This document shows positions 51,341-59,231 of a stretch of DNA of 64,000 bases, piece by piece. The stretch comes from Escherichia phage UPWr_E1. The position numbers and the translations under genes were made by a program. The notes beneath the pieces were generated by a model, which saw only the letters and a program-made list of their open reading frames with translations, did no database searches and was not told the DNA's origin. The stretch is taken from the sequence record PP418985.1; one strand, given 5' to 3'. Positions within the stretch are counted from its first letter, which is position 1. Every line of letters begins with the position of its first letter.

Positions 51341-51562
51341 ATGATTAACTTTAAAGACGCAGCAAAAGAAATTATCGACTTTGAGCGCGAACTGTTTGAA
51401 ATGGAACCTAATATGAGTAAACTGGAACTGGCTAACCAGATCTGGTGCTCTAAAATGAATCCAGCAGACCGCTTAGAAGTTGTGAACATCGTAGGTGAAG
51501 TGAAAGGTAGTGCATTAATGAAACTCCGCGCTTGTCACGCTTACATTGCTGATCAACTGTGA
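51341..51562 (+). CDS. hypothetical protein (73 aa)
   Basis: leader RBS GGGAGAATCAAA. Confidence 0.55.
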   Translation: MINFKDAAKEIIDFERELFEMEPNMSKLELANQIWCSKMNPADRLEVVNIVGEVKGSALMKLRACHAYIADQL

Positions 51563-51572
51563 GGGATATATC

Positions 51573-51767
51573 ATGGGAGATAAACCATTAGTACAACTAA
51601 GAGTACGCTATAACCAGATTTTAGCATTACTTAAAGCTGAGGGTGTAGATCCATCGGACCGCGAGGCTGTAAAAGCGTGTCTATCTGATACGGTACAACC
51701 AAAGCATAATTTTGCTTGTTATATGTACTTTTACAGTAGGTTGAATAGACCGTTTGAGTTTGAATAA
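51573..51767 (+). CDS. hypothetical protein (64 aa)
   Basis: GAGGGA RBS then ATG 51573. Confidence 0.5.
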   Translation: MGDKPLVQLRVRYNQILALLKAEGVDPSDREAVKACLSDTVQPKHNFACYMYFYSRLNRPFEFE

Positions 51768-51789
51768 CGTTAAGTGTTGAGGTGATACT

Positions 51790-51990
51790 ATGGATATTAA
51801 AGAGCAACTTGTATTAGTTCGAGAATCGGCTAAAGACCACGGCATGAGCGAAGAATTTGTTGAATGGTTTATTGATAACAAATTCAATCCAAGCCCAAAT
51901 TCGACTTTTAACTATTTGGCTATGTCCATTATGTGGGAAGGTTGGAAAGGCGCGGTAGAAACTGCCTTAAAAATTATGAAAAAAGACTAA
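51790..51990 (+). CDS. hypothetical protein (66 aa)
   Basis: GAGGTGA RBS. Confidence 0.5.
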   Translation: MDIKEQLVLVRESAKDHGMSEEFVEWFIDNKFNPSPNSTFNYLAMSIMWEGWKGAVETALKIMKKD

Positions 51991-51997
51991 AAAGTTG

Positions 51998-52026
51998 TTG
52001 ACACGCGAGAGGGTGTATAGCATAAT
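51998..52026 (+). promoter_or_regulatory. PeSL-like early promoter module 5
   Basis: TTGACA-17-CATAAT; hairpin GGGTGTA-tagcataa-TACACCC over the -10; leader CATCGAAACGAAACACAC. Confidence 0.6.
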
Positions 52027-52064
52027 ACACCCATCGAAACGAAACACACTAAGGAGTATCAAAA

Positions 52065-52391
52065 ATGAAACCAGTATCTGTTAAAGTTATCTTCTCTGAA
52101 TCTTCTGTATTCGCTAACGCAAACGAAGTATTCCACTTCGAAGACTTCGAGCGTAAAGCACAGGACGCGGCAGCAAAAGCCTATGAAAGCGAATATGACA
52201 AAACTCAAATCGAGGTTACTTTCGAAAACGGCACTACTTACGCTTGCCGCCTTGACCTGGGTGATCGTCTGTCTGGCTTCCGTCACCATGTAGAGAAGAC
52301 AATCGCTTTCTCTAAAACCGAAAAAGGAAAACACTACTTTTCTGTATTCGGTACTGAAAATCTGGATTTCTTGAAAACTGTTTCTTTCTAA
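52065..52391 (+). CDS. hypothetical protein (108 aa)
   Basis: leader RBS AAGGAGTATCAAAA. Confidence 0.6.
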   Translation: MKPVSVKVIFSESSVFANANEVFHFEDFERKAQDAAAKAYESEYDKTQIEVTFENGTTYACRLDLGDRLSGFRHHVEKTIAFSKTEKGKHYFSVFGTENLDFLKTVSF

Positions 52392-52399
52392 GGTACAAT

Positions 52400-52582
52400 A
52401 TGAAAAAGATTAATTGGTTAGCGAACATAGGCGCGGTATGCGCCTTTAACATCCTCGGATGGATAATGTTACATTTTGATGAGCGAGTTTCAAAATGTGA
52501 CGGTGCATTAATTCTCGGATCGGCTAGCATATTCATTATGCTGTATGCAATTGCTGTTGACTTAAGCCGCGAGGATTGTTAA
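52400..52582 (+). CDS. small membrane protein
   Basis: hydrophobic 60 aa. Confidence 0.5.
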   Translation: MKKINWLANIGAVCAFNILGWIMLHFDERVSKCDGALILGSASIFIMLYAIAVDLSREDC

Positions 52583-52583
52583 T

Positions 52584-52781
52584 ATGACGATCAAGAATAT
52601 GTTTTTCAACTTCGTAGGTGCTTCCATTCTTTCAATGCTATATCTTGTGATTGTATGGATGGGCGACTATGAATTAACTAACGATGAAAATCTGACAGTG
52701 TTTACTGTCTTGACGATGATCATTTACACTGTCTTTCTTGTCTTGGATTTTATTGTGTTTCTTTACAAAACGGTGACTTGA
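52584..52781 (+). CDS. small membrane protein
   Basis: hydrophobic 65 aa. Confidence 0.5.
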   Translation: MTIKNMFFNFVGASILSMLYLVIVWMGDYELTNDENLTVFTVLTMIIYTVFLVLDFIVFLYKTVT

Positions 52782-52978
52782 TGACGATTAGGAAAAATGA
52801 TATTGGTTTTGTTGCGGGTATCGCTAGCGTCTTTACTGTTGTTATTTTGCTAATGCTTTTACCCGGTGTATTCTCTGACCAGATTGAATTGTATATAGCT
52901 TTTATCTGTTGCATTTATACTTGGTTTGCAATGTTTGTGATTAGTCTAATTATGCAATTCGTAGTTAACAAATTTTAA
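52778..52978 (+). CDS. small membrane protein
   Basis: ATGA overlap with upstream ORF; hydrophobic 66 aa. Confidence 0.5.
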   Translation: MMTIRKNDIGFVAGIASVFTVVILLMLLPGVFSDQIELYIAFICCIYTWFAMFVISLIMQFVVNKF

Positions 52979-52999
52979 ATTTAATGTGAGGATTATATT

Positions 53000-53320
53000 A
53001 TGAGCAAACTGTTTGAAACTCCGCGTGAAATTCTGATTGACAAGCTGAAAGAACGTGGTTTTAAAATTAAAGATGCAACAAAATACAGCCGAATTGATGA
53101 AATTAAGTTGCATTCTCTTGATGAACTGGTAGAATATGTTGCGGCAGTTGCTGATCCGCAGTTTGATGTGATTGTAGGTGACGTTGAATATCTCGATAAT
53201 GTATATTCATTCTTCACTTATGGTAAAATTGTGTCTGTGAAAATTTCATTCTGTGAAAATGTGGAGGTGCTTGCTAGTGAACCAGAAGAACCAACTGACA
53301 ACGGTCCTACGGCAGCGTAA
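53000..53320 (+). CDS. hypothetical protein (106 aa)
   Basis: GAGGA RBS. Confidence 0.55.
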   Translation: MSKLFETPREILIDKLKERGFKIKDATKYSRIDEIKLHSLDELVEYVAAVADPQFDVIVGDVEYLDNVYSFFTYGKIVSVKISFCENVEVLASEPEEPTDNGPTAA

Positions 53321-53591
53321 CAAGGAAGACCGCCTGATTTATTCGCTGGCGGTTATCCTTGAAAAAGAATTGCCGGATCTTGAGGTAGTTTTTACTGACC
53401 GACCAGTCGGCCAACGTTACGGAGGATATGACAGCCTAGTTTATCCTTCATATAGCCTTGAAATGTGGTTAGAAGATTTTAAAAATCTGGCTGATACATC
53501 TAAACCGCTTTATTTGTGGGATGTTGAGTATAATTGCGATCCTAACTGGCCTGGTATTAATGTTTATGCGTCTATGACTTTAAAGGTGTGA
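53253..53591 (+). CDS. hypothetical ORF overlapping the previous one by 68 nt in another frame
   Basis: no convincing RBS; may be the continuation of 53000..53320 after a frameshift. Confidence 0.3.
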   Translation: MKMWRCLLVNQKNQLTTVLRQRNKEDRLIYSLAVILEKELPDLEVVFTDRPVGQRYGGYDSLVYPSYSLEMWLEDFKNLADTSKPLYLWDVEYNCDPNWPGINVYASMTLKV

Positions 53592-53593
53592 TA

Positions 53594-53752
53594 ATGGTTG
53601 AACAAATGTTAACTTCAATGGTAATGGCTTTCTGTATGGTTGTTGTTATGATTGCAATGATCCCTAAAGAGAGAATGAATCTGCTTGTCGCTGTCTGTAT
53701 GGGCGTTGTTTGTGGATGGTTTGGGATCGCGCTAGAACAAGCTCTGCGTTGA
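53594..53752 (+). CDS. small membrane protein (52 aa)
   Basis: AAGGTG RBS; Met/Val-rich hydrophobic. Confidence 0.45.
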   Translation: MVEQMLTSMVMAFCMVVVMIAMIPKERMNLLVAVCMGVVCGWFGIALEQALR

Positions 53753-53813
53753 TTAACAATGCGGGTAGTACATTCCACTACCCGCACTAATTTATCTCAC
53801 TGGAGGATTTTCT

Positions 53814-54002
53814 ATGGCGTTTTATCTATGGTTGCTTATAGTATGCTTTGTAATGGGTTTATGCTTCTATACTGGCGTATTCTGTTTTGTCGCCTGGATA
53901 GACGGCGGATTCTCTAATATCATTTTGCTTGCCGGATCAATTGCCTCGTTTCTGTTGATATGGCTTTTTTCTTATTTGTTTGGTGAATGGGGTTTATTAT
54001 GA
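53814..54002 (+). CDS. small membrane protein
   Basis: GGAGGA RBS; two hydrophobic segments. Confidence 0.5.
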   Translation: MAFYLWLLIVCFVMGLCFYTGVFCFVAWIDGGFSNIILLAGSIASFLLIWLFSYLFGEWGLL

Positions 54003-54178
54003 ACAAATATATGTTTTGGGCGACCCTTGCCTATGTTGTGATTGCGGTAGTCTGGGGATTCTGTGTTATTGTCGCTTCTCTGATCTGGTGGGAATCACTT
54101 GGCGCGGGTTGTCTTATTAGCGGCGCATCATGTCTTATCACTGGCGTGATTGTTGGTTTTCTTATTTGGGAGGATTGA
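53999..54178 (+). CDS. small membrane protein
   Basis: ATGA overlap with upstream ORF. Confidence 0.5.
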   Translation: MNKYMFWATLAYVVIAVVWGFCVIVASLIWWESLGAGCLISGASCLITGVIVGFLIWED

Positions 54179-54180
54179 CA

Positions 54181-54396
54181 ATGGTTTTCTTCGGTCTTAT
54201 TATAATGGTGCTTAATGTCATTTGTGGCGTTGCTATGTTAGCTATGGCCTTTACTGTTCCTATGTCTGTTGACAGCGCCGCATCCGTAGGTGTGTTGGGA
54301 ATTGTAAACCTGTTTACTGCCCTAGCATGTTGGATCACCGGACGCGATGAGGTAATGTATTACTTTTATAAACGTAAACAGAGAAAAGGAAAATAA
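54181..54396 (+). CDS. small membrane protein
   Basis: GGGAGGA RBS then ATG 54181. Confidence 0.5.
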   Translation: MVFFGLIIMVLNVICGVAMLAMAFTVPMSVDSAASVGVLGIVNLFTALACWITGRDEVMYYFYKRKQRKGK

Positions 54397-54397
54397 T

Positions 54398-54589
54398 ATG
54401 AGATTTGCATTTGGTTTTACCGTGATGTTGATTATTGCTCTGAGTATGTGTACCGGAATGCTTGTATTTGGTCTTGCAAACGGGTTTAGCATTTATAATA
54501 ATCAGTGGGTTGATTGGGGAATGGTTGTCGTTAATGCGATCCTGATTGGTGCTAATACAAGAACTCTATGCAGGATCGCCGGAATCTAA
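54398..54589 (+). CDS. small membrane protein
   Basis: GGAAAA then ATG; hydrophobic. Confidence 0.5.
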   Translation: MRFAFGFTVMLIIALSMCTGMLVFGLANGFSIYNNQWVDWGMVVVNAILIGANTRTLCRIAGI

Positions 54590-54617
54590 ATATTATCACT
54601 CACAAAGGGGGTGAATA

Positions 54618-55007
54618 ATGTTTAAATTATCTCAAAGAAGCAAAGATCGGCTTGTTGGTGTGCATCCTGATCTGGTAAAAGTCGTTCATCGTGCATTAGA
54701 ACTGACTCCGGTCGATTTTGGTATTACAGAAGGTGTACGTAGTCTCGCAACGCAAAAGAAATATGTTGCGGAAGGTAAATCTAAGACTATGAAATCTCGT
54801 CATCTTCACGGTTTCGCGGTTGATGTTGTAGCGTATCCGAAAGATAAAGATACATGGAACATGAAATATTACCGCATGATCGCTGATGCATTTAAACAAG
54901 CTGGTCGAGAATTGGGTGTTCCTGTTGAGTGGGGCGGGGATTGGACTAGTTTTAAAGATGGTCCTCATCTACAATTGCCACACAGCAAATACCCAGATCC
55001 AAAATAA
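54618..55007 (+). CDS. peptidase M15-type L-alanyl-D-glutamate peptidase (endolysin-like), no signal peptide
   Basis: zinc-site motifs SRHLHGFAVD and WGGDW...DGPHLQL as in VanY/T5-Lys-type peptidases. Confidence 0.75.
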   Translation: MFKLSQRSKDRLVGVHPDLVKVVHRALELTPVDFGITEGVRSLATQKKYVAEGKSKTMKSRHLHGFAVDVVAYPKDKDTWNMKYYRMIADAFKQAGRELGVPVEWGGDWTSFKDGPHLQLPHSKYPDPK

Positions 55008-55069
55008 AATATTAACCATCAACGGGGAGACAATCTAAGGATCTCTCCCCGTTCACTGGAGACTTGACA

Positions 55070-55555
55070 ATGAATATTGATGTAAAATTAGAAAGTAAAG
55101 ATTTGATTTATGCTGCATGTGTTTCTGCCGTAGATGGCATCATAGAACGCCGTAAGCGACGCAATTTTGCTGATGACCTAGATTCCATCGTCTCAATCAA
55201 TTTAGGGCGTCAAACAGGGCATACAGACGCTACAATCAAGTTATATGACCATTATACGCGAAAAGGATACAGTGTCTTTATCGTTTCGACAACGCGGGAA
55301 CATGTCAAAACGATCCGAGATCGCGGTCGCGGTGAAAATGTAAATATTTCAAATGTAGATTGTACGTCGATCCGAACTTTCCTGAATCCTATTACATGGC
55401 GAGGTCGTCGGCTTGACAAAACAATCTTTATCCTAGATACTACCATGCGCGGATTTACTGACAGCGTATTGCAGTTTTTAGAATTAAATCGACTTAGTGT
55501 TGGAAGGGGTAGTGTAGAAGACCAACCTATTTTCATTGGCTTAGGCATCAACTAA
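55070..55555 (+). CDS. hypothetical protein (162 aa)
   Basis: GGAG RBS then ATG 55070. Confidence 0.55.
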   Translation: MNIDVKLESKDLIYAACVSAVDGIIERRKRRNFADDLDSIVSINLGRQTGHTDATIKLYDHYTRKGYSVFIVSTTREHVKTIRDRGRGENVNISNVDCTSIRTFLNPITWRGRRLDKTIFILDTTMRGFTDSVLQFLELNRLSVGRGSVEDQPIFIGLGIN

Positions 55556-55690
55556 TGAAAAATAAAGATAGCGTAGCTCGTCGATTCCGTGCTACAATCA
55601 ATAAGAATCGTAAAGTCCAACCTGATAAACTCTATGGGGTTTTGGTTGGAAAAGTTAATGACGAACGTCCTGATCTATAAGAGGTGAATT

Positions 55691-56107
55691 ATGGAATTTA
55701 AAGCAATTCAAATCATGAAAGGTGAGCATAAAGGTACTATTATTGGTGGACATTTCGCGCCTATGATTCTGGTATCAGAACCGAAAGCACTGATCGGCGC
55801 TAAAGTAATTGTTAGTAAAACTTTCGCAGAAGACCATGTGATCACCGCAGAAGACGTAGATTCGCTGGCACTGCACACAACTAGCTTCCGTCCGGTGATT
55901 GTAGATAATGGTGCTCCTGTTGTCGAAGGTGGTCAGCACCTAAATGTTAACGTATTGTTACGAGAAATGTTACTTGACGCGGTTGAACATCCTGAGAAGT
56001 ACCCGCAGCTTACAATTCGCGTTTCTGGTTACGCAGTGCGCTTCAATAGTCTGACTCCAGACCAGCAGCGTGACGTTATCGCGCGTACCTTTACCGAATC
56101 TCTCTAA
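55691..56107 (+). CDS. grcA: autonomous glycyl radical cofactor GrcA/YfiD-like protein
   Basis: C-terminal [12 protein letters not shown]...[38 protein letters not shown] nearly identical to recalled E. coli GrcA, including glycyl-radical motif RVSGY. Confidence 0.85.
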   Translation: MEFKAIQIMKGEHKGTIIGGHFAPMILVSEPKALIGAKVIVSKTFAEDHVITAEDVDSLALHTTSFRPVIVDNGAPVVEGGQHLNVNVLLREMLLDAVEHPEKYPQLTIRVSGYAVRFNSLTPDQQRDVIARTFTESL

Positions 56108-56116
56108 TTTTTCATC

Positions 56117-56150
56117 AAGCCAATCCAAAAAGGGTTGGCTTTTTCTTTTT
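56117..56150 (+). terminator. rho-independent terminator after grcA
   Basis: AAGCCAA...TTGGCTT stem followed by TTTTCTTTTT. Confidence 0.55.
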
Positions 56151-56193
56151 ATGATGTTATGATGCAATCTCTTAATCAATTGAGGGTTTAATT

Positions 56194-56892
56194 ATGCATA
56201 CAATGGTTAAAATGGTCTTCGGATCTCACTTATACGGCCTTGATACTGAAAATTCAGATAAAGATTATCGTGGTATCTTTGTTCCGACTGCGAAAGAAAT
56301 TATCTTAGGATCGATGAAAGAACACTATGACCAAAGCACTAGCGGTCAAGGTATCAAGAACACCAAAGACGATATTGACGTTAATATGTTCAGTCTAAAA
56401 CGGTTTATTAATCTGGCATGTAAAGGTGATATTGGCGCTATTGATATGGTGCACGCGCCTAGTAACATGTTGATTGAATCCTCCAGAGAATGGGAATACA
56501 TCCGAACACATCGCGATAAATTCTATCATGTTGGGATGTGGGGTTTATCTGGTTATCTCAAAAAGCAGGTAGTCAAATCTGAAAAGTATTTCAGTAACTG
56601 GAAAGATCTTTCTCATGCTCTGCGTGTTGGTTATCAGCTACTTGAAATCTATCAGACAGGTGATCTACAATTCCCGCTCGCGCGACGTTCTTCTATTTTA
56701 GCGTGTAAGTTAGGAGAAAGAACCTTTGATAATGTGCGGGAAGAATTGAAAGATCTCTACGAACGTGTTAAACTCGCGCGTGAAGAGGCAAAGAAAAACG
56801 GTATGCCGGAAGAACCGGATGTTGACTTTTGGAAAGATTTATTAGAATATATTCATCTGACCGTTGTTCTGGAACACTATACCCGTGGTTAA
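56194..56892 (+). CDS. Pol-beta-superfamily nucleotidyltransferase-fold protein
   Basis: FGSHLYGLDTENSDKDYRGIF fits the G[SG]-x9-13-D-x-D nucleotidyltransferase signature; 232 aa. Confidence 0.55.
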   Translation: MHTMVKMVFGSHLYGLDTENSDKDYRGIFVPTAKEIILGSMKEHYDQSTSGQGIKNTKDDIDVNMFSLKRFINLACKGDIGAIDMVHAPSNMLIESSREWEYIRTHRDKFYHVGMWGLSGYLKKQVVKSEKYFSNWKDLSHALRVGYQLLEIYQTGDLQFPLARRSSILACKLGERTFDNVREELKDLYERVKLAREEAKKNGMPEEPDVDFWKDLLEYIHLTVVLEHYTRG

Positions 56893-56913
56893 TTAATATA
56901 GGAGATTAATAAA

Positions 56914-57108
56914 ATGCAAGTTTATACCAATAGTAATAAAGGCAATGATATCACACCGGGAAAGATGTATGATTTTACCCCAGCACGAGACGACGAACAT
57001 CCACCGACCATCGGATATATTGAAGATGATGCGGGGTTTCGTATTACGATCCTTCTTGATGGTGGATGTTCTCATCTTCGCGGTGATCATTGGGAGTTAG
57101 TACCATGA
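56914..57108 (+). CDS. small protein, paralog family member 1
   Basis: KMYDFTP ... DGGCSHLRGDHWELV. Confidence 0.5.
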   Translation: MQVYTNSNKGNDITPGKMYDFTPARDDEHPPTIGYIEDDAGFRITILLDGGCSHLRGDHWELVP

Positions 57109-57350
57109 AATATGTAATTGCACCTTATAGTAACCGCAAGTATATTACACCGAATACACTGTATGAATATACACCACATGAAAGATTTGCGAATAGTGGT
57201 TATATCCGTGATGATAAGGGACACCAGATTTTTATTTGCCTCAAAAATTGTGCACACTTAGACGGTCGAACATGGACACTGGTCGAAGAACCAAAACAAC
57301 CTGAGAATAAAGGTCTTTGGAACGCAATTAAAAAATTCTTGAAAAAGTAG
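57105..57350 (+). CDS. small protein, paralog family member 2
   Basis: ATGA overlap; TLYEYTP ... KNCAHLDGRTWTLV. Confidence 0.5.
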   Translation: MKYVIAPYSNRKYITPNTLYEYTPHERFANSGYIRDDKGHQIFICLKNCAHLDGRTWTLVEEPKQPENKGLWNAIKKFLKK

Positions 57351-57379
57351 TTGACACACATGTTCGGGGGTAGTAATAT
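57351..57379 (+). promoter_or_regulatory. PeSL-like early promoter module 6
   Basis: TTGACA-17-TAATAT; hairpin GGGGG-tagtaatata-CCCCC; leader CATCGAAACAACAAAGGAG. Confidence 0.55.
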
Positions 57380-57410
57380 ACCCCCATCGAAACAACAAAG
57401 GAGTATTAAA

Positions 57411-57749
57411 ATGAGTGTTAAAGAAGTATTTGTTTATACTGACTATGACGGGTGCGCCTATCTCACTGCCGGAAAACTTTACCATTGTGAGATTATTCAT
57501 GGTACGCTAGGTCGAATTATGTGCGATCCGATTACAAAATTGTGGAAAAACAATCCTAGTGAGCGAGAAACTATTATTAACCTAGATTCAGACGGTTGTT
57601 CACATTTGGACTATAGAAAATGGCATATCGTGACACATGATGCTTATGGTATTCATCTTGCTACTAAAGAATTAACTATAGAGAAATTCAAGTTTAAAGA
57701 AATCCCGTTTGTATACTGGCTTCGCAATTTGTTTAAGAAAGGAGAATAA
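57411..57749 (+). CDS. small protein, paralog family member 3 (duplicated module)
   Basis: KLYHCE ... SDGCSHLDYRKWHIV. Confidence 0.5.
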   Translation: MSVKEVFVYTDYDGCAYLTAGKLYHCEIIHGTLGRIMCDPITKLWKNNPSERETIINLDSDGCSHLDYRKWHIVTHDAYGIHLATKELTIEKFKFKEIPFVYWLRNLFKKGE

Positions 57750-57750
57750 A

Positions 57751-58173
57751 ATGGAAACAATTAACGTACATGTTCGCCGTAGCAAGCTGCGCAGATTCTT
57801 CGAAACTGAAATGCGTAAGACTAACGCACAAATCAAAGAAAAGTGCTTGAATAATGGTTACGGTGAGTATATTTTCATTCGCTTTAGTCCGCATATGATC
57901 GACCGTCTAACCGACCGCCATATCGATGAACATAAGACAATGGAACTATTCAATAAGGTAGAAACTCGTTTGCCGGAGATCTTCGACTTCCTGAAAATGG
58001 AAGACCGACCTAATCGATTAGAAATCACTGACGGTAACATGTGGATCGGGATGACAGTAGACCTAATTGAAGACGGTAAGCCATATCACGGTCTATGCTG
58101 TCGAATGATTATAGAGAATCCAAAACGACTGGCGGGTAAAATGTCGGCTGTTGTTTTGAAAGTGGACCAATAA
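57751..58173 (+). CDS. hypothetical protein (140 aa)
   Basis: GGAGAA RBS then ATG 57751. Confidence 0.55.
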   Translation: METINVHVRRSKLRRFFETEMRKTNAQIKEKCLNNGYGEYIFIRFSPHMIDRLTDRHIDEHKTMELFNKVETRLPEIFDFLKMEDRPNRLEITDGNMWIGMTVDLIEDGKPYHGLCCRMIIENPKRLAGKMSAVVLKVDQ

Positions 58174-58195
58174 TGGAGATTGGTTAAAATAATGC

Positions 58196-58224
58196 TTGAC
58201 TTTCTGGTGATAGGGCTATATTAT
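58196..58224 (+). promoter_or_regulatory. sigma70-type promoter (TTGACT-17-TATTAT)
   Basis: upstream of the secreted transglycosylase gene. Confidence 0.5.
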
Positions 58225-58258
58225 GGAATCAGAAAGTTAAGCCAAACAGGAGAAATTA

Positions 58259-58849
58259 ATGTTAAAAGTTCTAAAAGCGATAGTATTGAGTCTGTCACTA
58301 GCCGTTGGTGCTACACACGCATCGACTAGCGCACCGATCAAAAAAGCGCCGATAGACAACTTTACAGCACACCAACTAGATAATTTACATTTCGCCTATC
58401 AATATGGCGAACAATTCGAGAAAAGCGGTAAGTTGAAAAATGACCATCCGAATATTCGCTATGACGGAAAGGGTTTAGGCCACATCCTGGCGGGTATCGC
58501 ATGGCAAGAATCAAGCGCGGGTGCAAACTTAGCACCAAAGAAAAATCATCATGCTTATGGATTATTTCAAAATTACCTTAAAACGGTGAAAGCGAAAAAT
58601 GCAAAGCGCGGTGTTAAAATGAGTGATCGCCAGACTATCAAATTTATCATGAATCGCGAGGTTTCTGCATTCTACGCGATGGATGAGTTAGCATACTGGC
58701 TGGATGTTCGAAACGGTAATATCCGACTCGCGCTAGCTTCTTACAATGCAGGATGGAACTATAAAGCCGGTTTAGGTTATGCTGATGACGTACTAAAAAA
58801 GGCTAACCATCTAAAGAGTAAAGGCATTCTTAAAACTAAACGCTATTGA
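58259..58849 (+). CDS. secreted lytic transglycosylase (SLT-domain) protein
   Basis: signal peptide MLKVLKAIVLSLSLAVGATHA; SLT motifs AWQESS...YGLFQ and YNAG. Confidence 0.7.
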   Translation: MLKVLKAIVLSLSLAVGATHASTSAPIKKAPIDNFTAHQLDNLHFAYQYGEQFEKSGKLKNDHPNIRYDGKGLGHILAGIAWQESSAGANLAPKKNHHAYGLFQNYLKTVKAKNAKRGVKMSDRQTIKFIMNREVSAFYAMDELAYWLDVRNGNIRLALASYNAGWNYKAGLGYADDVLKKANHLKSKGILKTKRY

Positions 58850-58856
58850 GGAATAT

Positions 58857-59216
58857 ATGAAAAAGTTGACAATAATTGCTATGATTGCTATGATGTTCTC
58901 GGCTGGTGCGCTTGCTAGTAATGAGCGCCCTTATCCAAAGTTCGAATATAAAGGATTTGAGATCAACAAAAAGATCATTAAAACTTTCTGTGATGATGAT
59001 AACATGTGTAGTGATTTTATCGCGCTCGAACTTGATGAAGCATACAAACAAGGTCGAGACGAAAAACGAAAAAATCGAGCATGGGATCTGAGTATTGCCA
59101 GCTTTGCTAAAACAAAACGCAACCTATGTGATACTGCCCCTGATAAGCAATTATGCTTTGCTTATCGCGACACACTGTTAAGCCGTTTTATGGCTGGGTT
59201 GTCTTCCCGTGACTAA
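58857..59216 (+). CDS. secreted hypothetical protein with 4 Cys
   Basis: signal peptide MKKLTIIAMIAMMFSAGALA. Confidence 0.55.
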   Translation: MKKLTIIAMIAMMFSAGALASNERPYPKFEYKGFEINKKIIKTFCDDDNMCSDFIALELDEAYKQGRDEKRKNRAWDLSIASFAKTKRNLCDTAPDKQLCFAYRDTLLSRFMAGLSSRD

Positions 59217-59231
59217 TGAGAGGTTTATATT

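Noticed and set aside
53572-53787. Minus-strand ORF 53572..53787
   Set aside because: Antisense to the plus-strand membrane-protein ORF 53594..53752, which has an AAGGTG RBS and fits the co-directional operon.
55061-55066. TTGACA hexamer immediately before the start codon of ORF 55070
   Set aside because: It overlaps the RBS-to-ATG spacer and has no -10 element at the right distance; chance match rather than a promoter.
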